Source: Eubacteriales bacterium (lineage in GTDB: Bacteria > Bacillota > Clostridia > Oscillospirales > CAG-272). From it: 64,000 bases of DNA. Numbering within the stretch: the stretch's first letter is position 1; each line of letters begins with the position of its first letter. This document shows, one piece after another, positions 63,858-64,000 of this stretch. The notes beneath the pieces were generated by a model. The model saw nothing but the letters and a program-made list of their open reading frames with translations. It made no database searches and was not told the DNA's origin. The DNA is taken from assembly GCA_045655765.1 (NCBI GenBank), contig JAZOQA010000075.1, forward strand, positions 1,676-65,675. The letters run 5' to 3'. A program made the position numbers and the translations under genes.

Positions 63858-64000
63858 ATGGATAGAAACGATACTCAGCGTCCTGCATTCCGTCCTATGC
63901 ACAGAAGAAAGAAGGTTTGCATCTTCTGTCAGGACAAGGTTGCAGAGATTGATTACAAGGACGTATCTAAGCTCAGAAAGTTCATTTCCGAGAGAGCGAA
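63858..64000 (+). CDS. rpsR: 30S ribosomal protein S18 (5' part; runs off the window)
   Basis: [31 protein letters not shown] matches the S18 N-terminal region. It is the third member of the conserved rpsF-ssb-rpsR operon. Confidence 0.9.
   Translation, partial: MDRNDTQRPAFRPMHRRKKVCIFCQDKVAEIDYKDVSKLRKFISERA

Noticed and set aside
1-64000. Scan for tRNA, rRNA, tmRNA, CRISPR arrays, IS/transposase, integrase or phage structural genes
   Set aside because: I found no cloverleaf-like or rRNA-like stretches, no arrays of regularly spaced repeats, and no ORF with transposase, integrase or capsid-like motifs. This was a visual scan only and cannot exclude small or degenerate elements.

Overview
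This window looks like a chromosomal segment from a spore-forming Firmicute, probably class Clostridia. That call rests on the spoIIGA-sigE pair, whiA, a Bacillus-like nusB...xseAB-tlyA-nadK-argR-recN array, a dcw cluster, and Gram-positive GGAGG-type ribosome binding sites. I call about 60 protein-coding genes in four strand blocks: minus 1286-28396, plus 28593-45670, minus 46138-62594, plus from 62896. Almost all are housekeeping genes for replication and repair (dnaG, dnaE, recN, ruvAB, xseAB, recD2, ssb), transcription (sigA, sigE, nusB, argR, whiA, mraZ), cell wall and division (murB, murE, murF, mraY, ftsW/spoVE, murG, PBP, ftsZ, an MreB-like protein), the MEP isoprenoid pathway (ispD, ispE, ispF), glycolysis (pyk, a PPi-type pfk, rpe), metK behind a clear SAM-I riboswitch, and ribosomal proteins (L31, S6, S18). 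I saw no rRNA, tRNA, CRISPR array, IS element or prophage. The clearly accessory element is a tightly packed three-gene minus-strand operon at 56281-61533 with its own near-consensus promoter. It encodes a TerB-N/TerB-C protein, a DUF2791 (BrxD-like) P-loop ATPase and an Lhr/BrxHI-like DEAH helicase. This matches the Ter-associated triad predicted by comparative genomics and the Shango anti-phage architecture (SngA/B/C). Its mechanism is unknown, and here it sits alone between ispE and a methyltransferase-hslO pair. Secondary observations are listed as findings:
- an orphan BY-kinase module behind a large repeat-bearing lipoprotein
- a trimmed dcw cluster with an MraZ operator, an internal terminator and an atypical protein in the ftsL slot
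- a Clp/Hsp100 ATPase with an N-terminal 4-Cys ribbon
- a TsaD-like paralogue
- several unexplained repeat or hairpin clusters in intergenic spacers
All functional calls come from reading motifs in the translations by eye. No database search was run.
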